DNA of 64,000 bases, taken from assembly GCA_043228905.1 (NCBI GenBank), contig JBHGNT010000012.1, forward strand, positions 5,270,001 through 5,334,000. The letters are read 5' to 3'. The position numbers were made by a program, and so were the translations under genes. Positions 26,062-37,303 of this stretch are shown here, piece by piece. The first letter of the stretch is position 1, and every line of letters starts with the position of its first letter. This DNA is from Azolla caroliniana (Eukaryota > Plantae > Polypodiophyta). The notes beneath the pieces were generated by a model. It was given only the letters and a program-made list of their open reading frames with translations, was not told the DNA's origin and searched no databases.

Positions 26062-26877
26062 TGACAGGAACTGCACGCTCCATATACGCAACGCTCGACC
26101 ACAATCGAGCTTAGAATCATACATAGAAAACGGGAAATAATGAACGACACGAAGAAGAGACGAGTATGCAGGATGTTTACGTGGAAAACCCAAACTAAGG
26201 GAAAAACCACGGCAGCCCACAGGCTGCAAACTATCACTATGTTAGAATGTACAACAGTGAGTTCACGGAGGCAACGACCTCGTGCTCACGATCCTCGCCA
26301 CAGGCGGCGTTTACAATAGAGGCAACGACCTCTTTCTCTCTCTCTGTACACAGTTACGCGCGCTCTCTCTCTCCTTGCACCAACAAGAATGACAACAACA
26401 ACTAAAAGTTTGCCCTAAGTCATATTTATACTAATATGACTTTTTGGCTATTTACAAATATAGCCATGATGGACTCTCAGAAACATATTTACGAATATGT
26501 CTCTTCATCCGGTGAGCACTCTTCATCGGGTCTACACCATCCGGCTCTCCGTAGCCGGGTACTCCTCATCCGGTTCTCACCGGGTCTGCACCATCCGGCT
26601 CTCCATAGCCGGGTACTCCTCATCCGGTTCTCACCAGGTCTGCACCATCCGGCTCTCCGTAGCCGAGCACTCCTCATCCGGTTCTCACCGGGTCTGCACC
26701 ATCGGGCTCTCCGTAGCCGAGCACTCCTCATCCGGTTCTCACCGGGTCTGCACCATCCGGCTCTCCGTAGCCGGGTACTCCTCATCCGGTTTCGGCCGAG
26801 GCCTTTCGGCCTCGACCGAGTTTGTTCATCATCACTGTTCTTCTCCCTTCCCATCCGGAGGGACCTGTCTCCCAACA
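26062..26877 (-). mobile_element. Solo LTR (816 bp) inserted in the Copia B RNase H
   Basis: TG..CA ends and a perfect TSD GATAG (26057-26061 and 26878-26882). On the minus strand it shares CCGTGGTTTTTCCC..GGGTTTTCCACGTAAAC and the TATA region with the solo LTR at 57445. Confidence 0.92.
26527..26790. repeat. 57-bp tandem array (about 4.6 copies) within the solo LTR
   Basis: The unit GGGTCTGCACCATCCGGCTCTCCGTAGCCGGGTACTCCTCATCCGGTTCTCACC repeats and produces 19-aa periodic ORFs in three frames. Confidence 0.93.
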
Positions 26878-27879
26878 GATAGAAGATCAACCTCCAGATT
26901 TGTTTTCTCCCTCGGCAGCGGAGCAATATCCCGGAGTAGCAAGAAGCAGCCTACCGTCGCTCTTTCGAGTACGGAGGCGGAATATAGGGGCGCAACTGTA
27001 GCTGCATGTGAAGCCATATGGCTTAAGAGGATTTTGAAGGATTTGGGCATTCCCATCAAGGATCCGACTCCCCTTTACTGCGACAACATGAGCAATATTT
27101 ATCTGGCTCGGAACCCGGTGTTCCACGCGCGGACAAAGCACATCGAAGTGCACTATCACTTCATCCGAGAGCGCGTTCTAGCTGGCGATGTCGACCTACA
27201 ACACATTAGCACCAATCTTCAAACGACTGACATCTTCACTAAAGCCTTAGGAGCCGACAAGCTATGGCAATTCATGACCGATCTCGGATTGACGATCCTT
27301 GACCTGCCAAGCTTGAGGGGGAGTACTGAAGACATTACGCAATAACGCGTGGATTCCGCAACCATGCAACACAACCGCGAAGAAAGACGCAAGCTGAAGC
27401 ACAGACTTCACAACTACGCACGCAAGCTGAAGCACAGACTTCGTAACTACGCACAACGCAAGCTGGAGCCCGGATTCCGCAACTCCGCATACATGTGAGT
27501 CGACGCGGACTGCAGAACGCGAGTTGAAGCGGATTTCGGATACCATCTGAAACCGACCTGACTTGAGCTTGAGGGGGCGTGTTGAGAATCAAGCTCAACT
27601 TGGTCTAGTGTGTGAACTCACCTTGAGAGTGAAGAGACACTCCAACGGTCAAGAGTCACCATTATGTCACCACTTTGTATTCTAGCATTTAGTATGAGTC
27701 ATAGAATCATATTCTATGACACATAACTTATGAGCTTTCACATTCCCCATGCTCCATGAGTCTTGTAGTTAATGAAGAGAGAGGGTGACTACATAAAGCA
27801 CCCTAAACCCACTTTGTAAAATGTTGAGTCTTTCTCCTTTGTCAATATACTCTTACCTTGCGTATTCTCTGTGTTTCAC

Positions 27880-27928
<49 letters not shown>

Positions 27929-30900
27929 CACACACATAACTCACATCTCTTCCGCTTCACAAGAATCCATCTCTTCATTCTTTACACGACCGTTGATTGC
28001 AGTAACTCATTCTTTTGGGATTTACTACCATGATTGATCTCTCAAATTGGTAAAGTTTTGGTTGGTCCTCCTGTTAATTCGTTGAACAAATGTAGATTTT
28101 GCATGTTATGGGATACAAGTTGTAAACTTCCACGATGGTTAAGTATAGATACATCTCGATTTGGTCAATTTTGTTTGAAGCTTCAATGGGATACCTTCGC
28201 AGGACATTGTTTTAAATGGTTGATATGGTCATGGATGAGGGAACATCTCATGGGTTAGAGCGAGATCCTAAAGTTCATGGTCATGTTAGAGGTGTTGGGG
28301 AGGAGAATGGAGTATGCATTAATGATGACCTAGATGTTGAAGATGGAGAGTTGCATCAAGTGAAGCATAAGATAAAGGGGAAGGGTGTTGCCATACAAAG
28401 GGACACAAAAAATATTAATGGTAAGGCATTACCAAAAGATAATTTGAGATTGAATGAGGGGTTTAAGAAAAATCCTTGGCAGAAACAAGTACGAAATCAA
28501 AGATTATCCAACCAATTAAAATTTGATTCTTCAGGAAGGGTGGTACGACCTCAATTAAATCAAGAACTTTGTTCTTGTGGAGCTAGACAACAAAACCCTA
28601 ATATTGTTGGAGGGGATGTAGTACACACGAATCCTTATGCAACTCTTGAACAAATAGTTAGTACATTCATGAATACACTTGCTCATAAAGAGCAAGTTCT
28701 TACTAAATGTGTTAAATGAAAGTGGTATCATGGAATGTGCAAGGGGCATCTTCTCCTTATAAGAAATATATATTATGGAAAACTTTATTTGATAAAGAAT
28801 GGGATGTTTTATGTGCAGTTGAACATAAGTGTCATGATTTAGCAAGATCTGTGTTCCATTTGCGTGGATATTCCACATATTATGCAGGACAATTATCACA
28901 TCATTACTCAAGGGTTGTCATGATTATTCGTGATTTGTTTTGTCCACATATAGTCTATAATGATCCATATGGACATTTTTTGGTGATGGAAGCCAAGTAT
29001 TTTGAGGATTTGATATGGTTGGAAGGAATCTATGCACCCAATAATGCTAATCAATGCATTGAGTTATGGTCTTCAATGTATCCACGGTTATTAGTGGGCC
29101 GTGTTGGTTTGTTAATGGGTGATTTTAATATGTGTGTTGATGCTTCACAATCTACTTCACGATTCTCATTGATGGATTCTCCTGAGCAAGCAGTTTGGGA
29201 CAAATTGGCATCAGAGGTTTTGAAGTTGGATGTATGGAAATGGTTGCATCAAGATGAGGTTGGGTTTACATTTCAGTCTATGCAATATAAGGAAACATGG
29301 AGTAGTTTAGATAGAATGTATGTTATGCATGATGAGTTGTTTTTTCCATTGATGCTTAATATGTCAATTATGCAAGAGGTTGTGACATCGGATCATTTTC
29401 CCATATGTTTTGAGTTCAATAAACATGGGGTATATATGTACAAAACATTGCTTGATCAAGTTCCTTTGAGGTTTAATTCTTCTTTATTATTACATTCCTT
29501 ATTTGATGCCTATATGCAACAAATTTTTGGCACGTTTTTAGAACAAGTTATTTCAAAAGGATGGCATGCATGGGATATAACACTACAAAACATCAATGAT
29601 ATTCATCGTCTGTATGGTATGGTTAATGCTAAAAGACGTAAGAAATTTATTGATAAGTTTTCATATATATTCTTACATGATGCAATGTACTATTGATGAA
29701 AAATCCGCATGATGAAGAGGTTTTGGATGTTCAAGTTCAAGTACAGGACATTGTGAAGAATTTGTCTTGTCAAAGTTATTAACATACAAGACTACGTCAA
29801 TTAAAGGAGGGATTTATAGATAATCAATCACAATCTCATATGTTTTTTCAAGGATTAAGACCACCATATGCTCATTCAAATGTGGTACAAATTAAGATAG
29901 GGGATGACATTGTTGTAGACCCAATCAAGGTTATTGAGTTATGTATTACTCATTTTAAGAATTTGATTGGACCAGAGTTGATTATTAATGAGGATGTGTT
30001 GAAAACACGATAAGAGTTTTATAATGTAATTGGGAGTGTCGTGAATACAAATATTTGTCAAGAATTGGATGCTGATTTTGAAGAAGCTGAGGTGGAAAAG
30101 GTATTGTTACACCTTCCAAATGGTAAAAGCCCTGGTTGGGATGGTGTTACAAATGAAGTTTTTAAGAAGTATGATGGTATGCTTAAGGGTTCATTCACAC
30201 AAATGTTTCAACAATGTTGGGATTCTGGTTTCATGCCTGAGAGCTTGAAGGTGGGCTTAATTAAATTGATACCAAAGGTACCATCGTCGGAGTCATTTCA
30301 TCAATGGAGGCCTATTTCATTGATGGGAGGGTTATACAAAGTGTTTGAAAAGATATTATCCAACAAACTTCAAAAGTTCTTACCTCAACTTATTCATCCA
30401 TCTCAATATGGTTTTATTACAGGTAGAAATATATTGCATAATGTTTTGAATGTTCAAATGGCTATCGATTATGCTCGACATACACATCAAGAAATGGTTA
30501 TGGTGCAATTAGATTTGGAAAAAGCATATGATCATGTTAATTGGTCTTTCCTCTCAGGTGTGATGTATAATATGGGGTTTGGTCCTCGTATGTGTTGACT
30601 TATTTTTTTGCTAGGACAAAATGCGACCTCGCGTGTGATGCTTAATGGCGGAGTTACTCTGAAAGTGTTTCTTACTAGATTCGTGCGGCAAGAATGTCCA
30701 CTAAGCCCATTGTTATTTGCTATTGATACACATCCTTTGCTACTAATGTTGTCAAATCTTGTGGCTAATGGTGATATTGTGGGTTTGCATCTTCCTTCTG
30801 GTGGACAATTGGTGGCACAAACATTGGTTGATGCTTCTTTTATGTTTTTACAAGCCTCAAAAGAAAATCTTGAAAGGAGTATGCAAGTTTAGGATCAATT

Positions 30901-30934
30901 TGCTTTGGCTTTAGGGTTGTATATAAATTGGAGG

Positions 30935-31400
30935 AGGACTCCCCCACGTCAAACATGTGTAATTTTTTTGGGGGGATTTGCAAATATATATCAACGGTTC
31001 ATCCATGCATTCTCTACTATCACCTAACCCCTAATCGATCTCATTTACAAGAAAGAAGTTTTCCAATGGGCTGGAGATGCAAAAATGCAGTCAACAACCT
31101 CAAGAAAGCCTTTATTTCGACTCTTGTTCTCGTGCATCCAAATCTCACTAAATCGTAAATCATGGAAACTAACATGTCCTACTTTGATTTAGGTTCCATT
31201 TTATCCCAACCAAATAATCACACCGATCTTTACATCCTATAGTGGCGAAGTTCTCTACATAGTTGACTTTTACTAAGATAAATTTTCGAAGATATAAAAA
31301 GAAGTTTGTTGCCATCATCTCTCCATTTGAGGAATGAAATCATTCTTCAATTTGAGAATGCATCAATATCTTGCCAGAATATTGAATCTCTGACGCATTT
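30935..31400 (+). pseudogene. Decayed Ty3/Gypsy RT-RNase H linker fragment
   Basis: AVNNLKKAFISTLVLVHPNLTKS, followed by an ETN.SYFDLGSILSQ-like sequence. Confidence 0.55.
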
Positions 31401-31723
31401 ACATGTGCACATAAAACAAAAAAGTGAAAGACAAGATATATTGATCCCCATAAGGTTTCATTTCATGTGCACATGAAAAAAACATCATGTGAGTATAAGA
31501 TATATTAAGTTCTACATATTTTACATGTGCACATAAAAACATTAAACTAGATAGTAGAGATCAAATGCATATGGTAGTTGCTTTCTTGTTGTACATGCAA
31601 AGTTTGTCTACCAACCTAAAACAATTTTGATGGTAAGGGAGCTGCTCTACATGAATTTGTGTATCACGCGGATCGCGCATTCCGTCGGAACAACTGTTAC
31701 CCAACTCCGAGTCCCGACCCGAG

Positions 31724-33709
31724 TTAAAGGTAACAGTTAAGATCATTGGACCAGTCCTCGCTCCCCACACAGTTGACGCAGGTGAATAGGCCGTGGGGGT
31801 CGTAGAGACTTTTAATGGCCTTGAGCCGGCCATAGTGGGAACCGAAGAAGGATTGTTGCCAGTCGGGCTCGTTGACATCGGCCTCGTTGAGGTAGGCGCC
31901 GGAGCCGGGCGAGAGGTCGCGGAGGAGGCGGTTCACGCGTGTGACCGTCTCGAAGGACGTGGCCGCGTCTCCGGGGCTCTGCCACGAGCTGACAACGGTG
32001 ACGTGCCATGCGGCGGCCCGCCAGGCTGGGTTGATGCTATTGGTGTCCGGGTGGGCACGGGCCACGGCGCCGCCGCCCACGAGGTGGCCGATGATTTGGA
32101 CGATCCCGGGGGCGGCCAGGATGTGGAGGAGCGCCGCCGCCAGGGCGGGCGCGCGGCGGTGGCGGAGCGGGGAGGCGGGGAGGAGGCGGGAGCTCACGGC
32201 GGCGTTGGTGCCGCAGGCGTCTGTGCAGAGGCCCGGGAAGGCGGAGCAGAGCACGCTGGTGTGCCACTCTCGGAAGGAGAAGTAGACCCGAACCGTGTCG
32301 TTCACAATGGCTACGTCGGCGGCGTGCCGGGCGGCGTAGCCGTACAGCGGCGCGAAGTAGGCCTCCGCCGCCGGGGCGGCGGAGGCGTTGGGGAGCAGGA
32401 AGTTGAGCGTCAGGGCGTAGCCTCCCCTGGGTGTGGTAATGTAGGAGTAGCCCGCCCATCCTGAAACCCTACCACCACCATCATCATCATCATCATTCTC
32501 CTCCACCATGGATGCCTGCATCTGCAGGAACACTGTGAGCAGCTCCTGGAACCTGGACGGCGACGCGGTGAAGAGTAGCATGAACACCCCCACCAGTCCT
32601 TGCAGGGCAGGGACGGTCTTGTGCGTGGTGGACACGACGGCGCCGTACGTCCCCCCCCCGCCGCCTCGCAGAGCCCAGAAGAGGTCTTCGTTCTGGCAGG
32701 GGCTCGCCGTGCGGAGCTCTCCGTCGGCGGTTACCACGGAGATCTCTAGCACTTGGTCGGCTGCCATGCCCAGTAAGGGTGAGAGAGGGCTGTGGCCCCC
32801 GCCTTGGAGGTAGCCCCCACCGACGCTCACGGAGGCGCTCATGGAGCCGACCACCACCACTTTCTTCTCGTCTGCGGCTTCGTACAGCTCCTGCCACTGC
32901 GTCCCAGCGCCGACAGTGACGGCGGCGGCGGCGCCGTCGTTGATATGGCAGCCTGCAGGAACGAAGGGGGCGTCGTGGAAGGTAATGTGTTTGAGGCGGT
33001 GCATCCAGAGGTTGAGGGATCCAGGGGCGGTGCTACGGCCCATGATGTCGTGGCCCGTGGATTTGATGGACAGGCGGAGGTTGTGGACGACGGCGAATCG
33101 GATGGCCGCCTGGACATGGGAGGCATCGAGAGCCTCCACGGCGTAAGGCGGCACCGCACCCTGGAAGCAGCACCCTCTCCCAGTGGTGGCGGCGGAGCCA
33201 GCGGAGGAGGCGGAAGCATCACAAGGCGGAGATGTAGAATTAGGGCTGGAGAGGAAGCAGGATTGGTTACCATAGGCTTCGCGGTTGGTGTATTGCATTG
33301 CGCCGGGCTGGTCGGCACGCCAGAAGGGGTTATTCCAGTTCTGGATGGTGGCCCGGCATGCGGCCGTGGAGCCGGAGTGGCACGGGAGGGCCGGGGGAGT
33401 CGGGGCCAGGAGGTGGCCGCCGATTGAGCGGTTGAGCTGCAGCCAAGTGTCCGGGGAAGGCCAGCAGTCACTATGGGGGAGGCAGCGGCAGCTCCCGAGG
33501 CCGGACACATGACTGGGGCCAAGGCCTGGGAGGAGGAGTGGAACCACAAGGACGAGGAATGCCGAAAGTGGCGATGCCACCCCGGCCGCCACCACCAGAG
33601 GAGGAGGAGGAGGAGGCGGCCTCCTCCTACTGGCCATGAAGTTTGGAGCTGCCATATGGTGTGAAGGGAGGTTGGGGATGAAATGAGCCTCTCTCTTGTT
33701 TTCCTTCAT
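31724..33709 (-). CDS. Probably secreted FAD-linked oxidoreductase (FAD_binding_4 plus BBE; VAO/BBE-like superfamily, fungal-type subfamily)
   Basis: Intronless 661-aa ORF with a hydrophobic N-terminal stretch. Motifs CRCLPHSDCWPS..W..LN, SIKSTGHD (FAD-binding His), GGYLQGGGHSPLS, DLFWALRGGGGG and GAYLNEAD..YDPHGLF.C..CVGSEDW. The true start may be a downstream Met. Confidence 0.93.
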   Translation of the reverse strand: MKENKREAHFIPNLPSHHMAAPNFMASRRRPPPPPPPLVVAAGVASPLSAFLVLVVPLLLPGLGPSHVSGLGSCRCLPHSDCWPSPDTWLQLNRSIGGHLLAPTPPALPCHSGSTAACRATIQNWNNPFWRADQPGAMQYTNREAYGNQSCFLSSPNSTSPPCDASASSAGSAATTGRGCCFQGAVPPYAVEALDASHVQAAIRFAVVHNLRLSIKSTGHDIMGRSTAPGSLNLWMHRLKHITFHDAPFVPAGCHINDGAAAAVTVGAGTQWQELYEAADEKKVVVVGSMSASVSVGGGYLQGGGHSPLSPLLGMAADQVLEISVVTADGELRTASPCQNEDLFWALRGGGGGTYGAVVSTTHKTVPALQGLVGVFMLLFTASPSRFQELLTVFLQMQASMVEENDDDDDGGGRVSGWAGYSYITTPRGGYALTLNFLLPNASAAPAAEAYFAPLYGYAARHAADVAIVNDTVRVYFSFREWHTSVLCSAFPGLCTDACGTNAAVSSRLLPASPLRHRRAPALAAALLHILAAPGIVQIIGHLVGGGAVARAHPDTNSINPAWRAAAWHVTVVSSWQSPGDAATSFETVTRVNRLLRDLSPGSGAYLNEADVNEPDWQQSFFGSHYGRLKAIKSLYDPHGLFTCVNCVGSEDWSNDLNCYL

Positions 33710-34329
33710 ATATGTGTGTGTGTGTTATGTATGTGTGTATGAGAAGGGAAGAGAGAAAGAGCGAGTGGTGTGTTTGCACACAACTTTTGTGACTACGTTT
33801 TACGTATTCCTACACTATGCCCTTCCGTGTATTCCTCCAGAATTGCCCTCCTCAGTTTAGTCGGAAAAGTCACAAGTCAGAGTTTTAAAAAGAGTGCTAA
33901 TCTCATCGTGCTATAAAAGGAAATCCTTTGGTTTTTCATCCTGTCGTTCGATCACCAACGGGACAACATAAAAGAACCTTGATTACACCTCTCTAAGGTC
34001 CATTCACTAAGATCCCATTCCCAAAGGGATATGATTCTAACCCTACGTCAAGACATCAACCACCCGTCCGTCTATTTCCACATATTACCCCTTTACTAAT
34101 TACGTTTTTTGTTATGTCCGTCATCTGGCCCTCCTCTATTCCACCAAATTTCTATTCTACAACTTTTATTGCACATTACTCATTGATTTCAACTCGCTAC
34201 ATATAATAATAACCTGAATTCTAAACCTTTGAGTCATAAATCATTTCTCGCTCTATTGGCCTTCACCAAAAAAATAGTTGCAGTCTGAGCCCTTCATATG
34301 TTCTCTATGACGCTACCTATGATTATGAC

Positions 34330-35270
34330 TTCGTTATGGTCATCTTTACGTGAAAAAGGGATATAGAGTTTATTGTCTCTTATGGCAAGAAACTTATTGG
34401 GGAAAATGTTGGTACAAATGCTTTTTGTAATGAAAATCCATGATATACTACATTCCGCAAGCACAATTTCGATTTTCAAGGTTTGGGGTTACACAACTCT
34501 CCCAAAAGTCAAGAATATGCCGAATCATTGATTACCACATCTTGCTTGGAATGTTGGATGTAAGCTACAAAAGAATCATAAAACTAAGAATCTCTCATCT
34601 AGTCGGGTTCTTGACATAAGGAAATGGTTTAGAAGATGGGGTTTGGATGATCTTTTAGAGCTTCCAGGAAATGCTATGCAGTATGTAATGATTGAGGAAA
34701 GGTTGGCGGAATCATTAAGGATGATGTGGGAAGATGCTAAGAGGACAAAGCTAGAATACTACATTGCAATTGTCAACCCTGAATGTTGGTCTCAATATAG
34801 AGCAAGAATGGCTATTGATCGTATCCAACCTTATCTCATTACCAATATGAGTAGTAATGCTTGTAGAGCCCCCCTTACACTACTTCGCACTCGATCTCAC
34901 AAGTTAGGCATTGAAGTTGCATCATGGTATCAAAATGTAACTAATTTGAAGACATGCAAAGTACACAATGAAGGCATGGTAGAGGATGAATGTCACTTGC
35001 TCTTCACATGCTCGACATATAGTGCAATTCGTTCAAGATATGCTGACATACTAAGAGGGAGTGATAACTTAAGTGCCATACTTAAGACATCACCGAGAAT
35101 GTTTAGCTAATATGTGTATGCTTTATTCACGCATAAAGACTTTGTGCTTCAATGTACAAATACCCCTTCTTAGGAAGGAGACACATATCAAGAACACATA
35201 TATACTCTGGTCCCATAGGTCAATTTTGGCCTCTTTATGGACGATACAAATTCTAATTCTAATTCTAATT
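34330..35270 (+). mobile_element. 5'-truncated RTEX-like LINE 3' end with an (ATTCTA)n tail
   Basis: ORF 34643-35110 reads LRTRSHKLGIE...CKVH..VEDECHLLFTC and is followed by a short tandem-repeat tail at about 35250-35270. Confidence 0.7.
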
Positions 35271-37303
35271 ACAACATATGGGGTGGAATATTGCGGGCCA
35301 TTCGGGCAACAAATTAGCATCATCTCTACATCTTGTTCACTTGTCAGCTTCATCGGTCACACTTTGTGTATTGCCTTTGGTCAACCCTCCAAAGAGCTTA
35401 AAGACCCCTTGAAGGAACATGTAGATTTAGTTAGATTGGGAGAGCGTCTCGAAAGAAACAAGAAAACTGAGGAAGGTTCAAGTAGTCCTACTTTTCCTTC
35501 CACAAGTCCACCAATGTCAACACAAAAACAAGTACCTCTTATGTTGGTTTCAAGGTGAATGTCCCTTTTCCTTTGGTTAGCAGTTTGGGTGCTTCTTGAA
35601 AAAACAATGAAATAATTGCGCTAGAACTTGAGTAGTGCCCAACTTCACAATTTACAAGCCCGTCATGTTATGCAAACCATCATTTATGACACATTGTTTC
35701 TCAACAAGGCTTGCCATGAAGCCTACCTTAGGAAGGCTAAAGACATAAAAAAGATTCCCACTTTGTAGGTTTCTAAAATCATGTGAAACTCTTTAACATC
35801 ATGTGGAAACAATGACTACCAACGATCGTATCTACTAGGAACATTTATTTTGAGATGGAGGATTAATTCTTGCATCTATGATCCATTTTACCACCGTTAT
35901 CATCAAATCACTTGAAGAAGGTAGGTCACAATGGGAGAGTAGATAAATTTCCTACTAATCGAGGATGATCCCATTTACGTGAAATTTATGTTGCACTATT
36001 ATTCTTATCCTCAATAAGGCATGGCCTTGCTATGACACATTTTGAAATGCATGCACGTGAGATGACTAACTTCACAAGAGGTGGTAATAATACATATGAT
36101 TATGATGTCACATTTTTTTGATGATGCCTTACCTAGTCAACTCCATGATTTAGTTGAGAAAGCCAAAGAGCAAGTCCTCCGTGACACTAATTAGAATCTA
36201 GAATCTATACCTAAGCATGTACGTTTAAGTGATTGAAGGGACAATAATATTGCTTGAATAGGGTATGCCAATCAACACACAATGATATCGCTTAGTGTCA
36301 AAAAAATGTACATTTTGTTGTATATCCCAACTAATCTCTCCCGTTTGTGCTATGTTTCAAATGCCAAGTAGTATATCATGAAGATGGCTTAGAAATATGT
36401 TAGGAGATAAATCTTTACATTAAAAGCATCATTTTCATTGTTTGGACGCACTCAATGTTGACATAGTTGTAATCATGGATTTAATAAGAAAGCCATGCAT
36501 GTCGACAATCTCTGCCATTTTGCTCTACTAAAGAAATGGATGTACAAGCAACTCATATTATTAATTGGTAGACTGATATTTAGAACTTATTTTGTACTAC
36601 AACAAGCTTTGCATGATGCATTGACTTACACTTTATGTTATTTGTACCATAGGAGCCCTATAAACATTTTATGATAGACCGTATATGAATGTCTAAATTC
36701 TTATATTGAATGTACATTCGGTACTTGTTACTTTTCCCATTTGTTAATCACTTACTAAGAAGGTTGGTTGAAGGCCAATATGTATTTTTTCTATGACTTT
36801 GTTTTTGGAATCGCAATAAATACTCAAACAATGTGGACATTCGCATAAATAAGCTAGCCAATGAGTTGACTATTATACTTGTTTAAATTTGAATTGCATG
36901 ATATGCAAATGATTGAAGGTTTGGACAAATACAATCAATGTACACTCCTTTGTACGGGAAAACAAAACAAGGCAACACGGAGGACGAGGAGGGGTAGCAT
37001 GCTTGAAATTAGATGTGTTTCTATTGTTTCCCACATTAGTAGTTGTATTTACATTCCTCCTCTTTATGATAATGTTTATGCTTGTTTAGATATACATAAA
37101 CCTTTTGTCAATCTAGAAGATGACAAACTGTAAAGCATAAACCCAAACCTAAGGGAGAGGTTATTCTCTCTAGTGACATCAAGAATGTTTTAATATGACA
37201 CTCAACAATCATGCATGTAACATCTCTAAGAGATGCAAGAGAATATACATTGTATCGACACTCTTCTATGGATTAAAAAGACCTAGATTGATTAAATAAA
37301 GTT

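Larger units (their letters stand above)
23996..27345 (+). pseudogene. Copia B pol (integrase-RT-RNase H), interrupted by a solo LTR
   Basis: Motifs LRSDGGNEY, TPQQNGVAE, QMDVKNAFL, LYVDDL, DADWAG|insert|DRRSTS and HARTKHIEV. Confidence 0.93.
22785..27986 (+). mobile_element. Ty1/Copia LTR retrotransposon B with internal deletions
   Basis: Near-identical LTRs 22785-23165 and 27580-27986. Perfect TSD CGACC. PBS TGGTATCAAAGC at 23166. PPT immediately before 27580. Confidence 0.97.
22280..30930 (+). mobile_element. L1-clade LINE (ORF1 plus EN-RT ORF2), decayed, 3'-truncated and split by Copia B
   Basis: ORF1-like 22393-22780 resumes at 27987 (QCSIWAT|VDCSN). APE endonuclease MKVVSWNVQG...MGDFN...SDHFP at 28716-29696. 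RT motifs KSPGWDG, WRPISL and QLDLEKAYDHV at 30041-30892. Confidence 0.9.

Noticed and set aside
26436-26926. ORFs with 19-aa repeats on both strands, and a possible CRISPR-like array
   Set aside because: These are contiguous 57-bp tandem units with no unique spacers, inside a solo LTR. The ORFs are by-products of a unit length divisible by 3.
31793-33664. Many long overlapping ORFs around the oxidoreductase
   Set aside because: Shadow ORFs are expected in very GC-rich coding DNA, and none has recognisable motifs.
31724-33709. High GC as proof of recent HGT or contamination
   Set aside because: The native PME exon is also GC-rich, so composition alone is not diagnostic. Only a phylogeny can decide.
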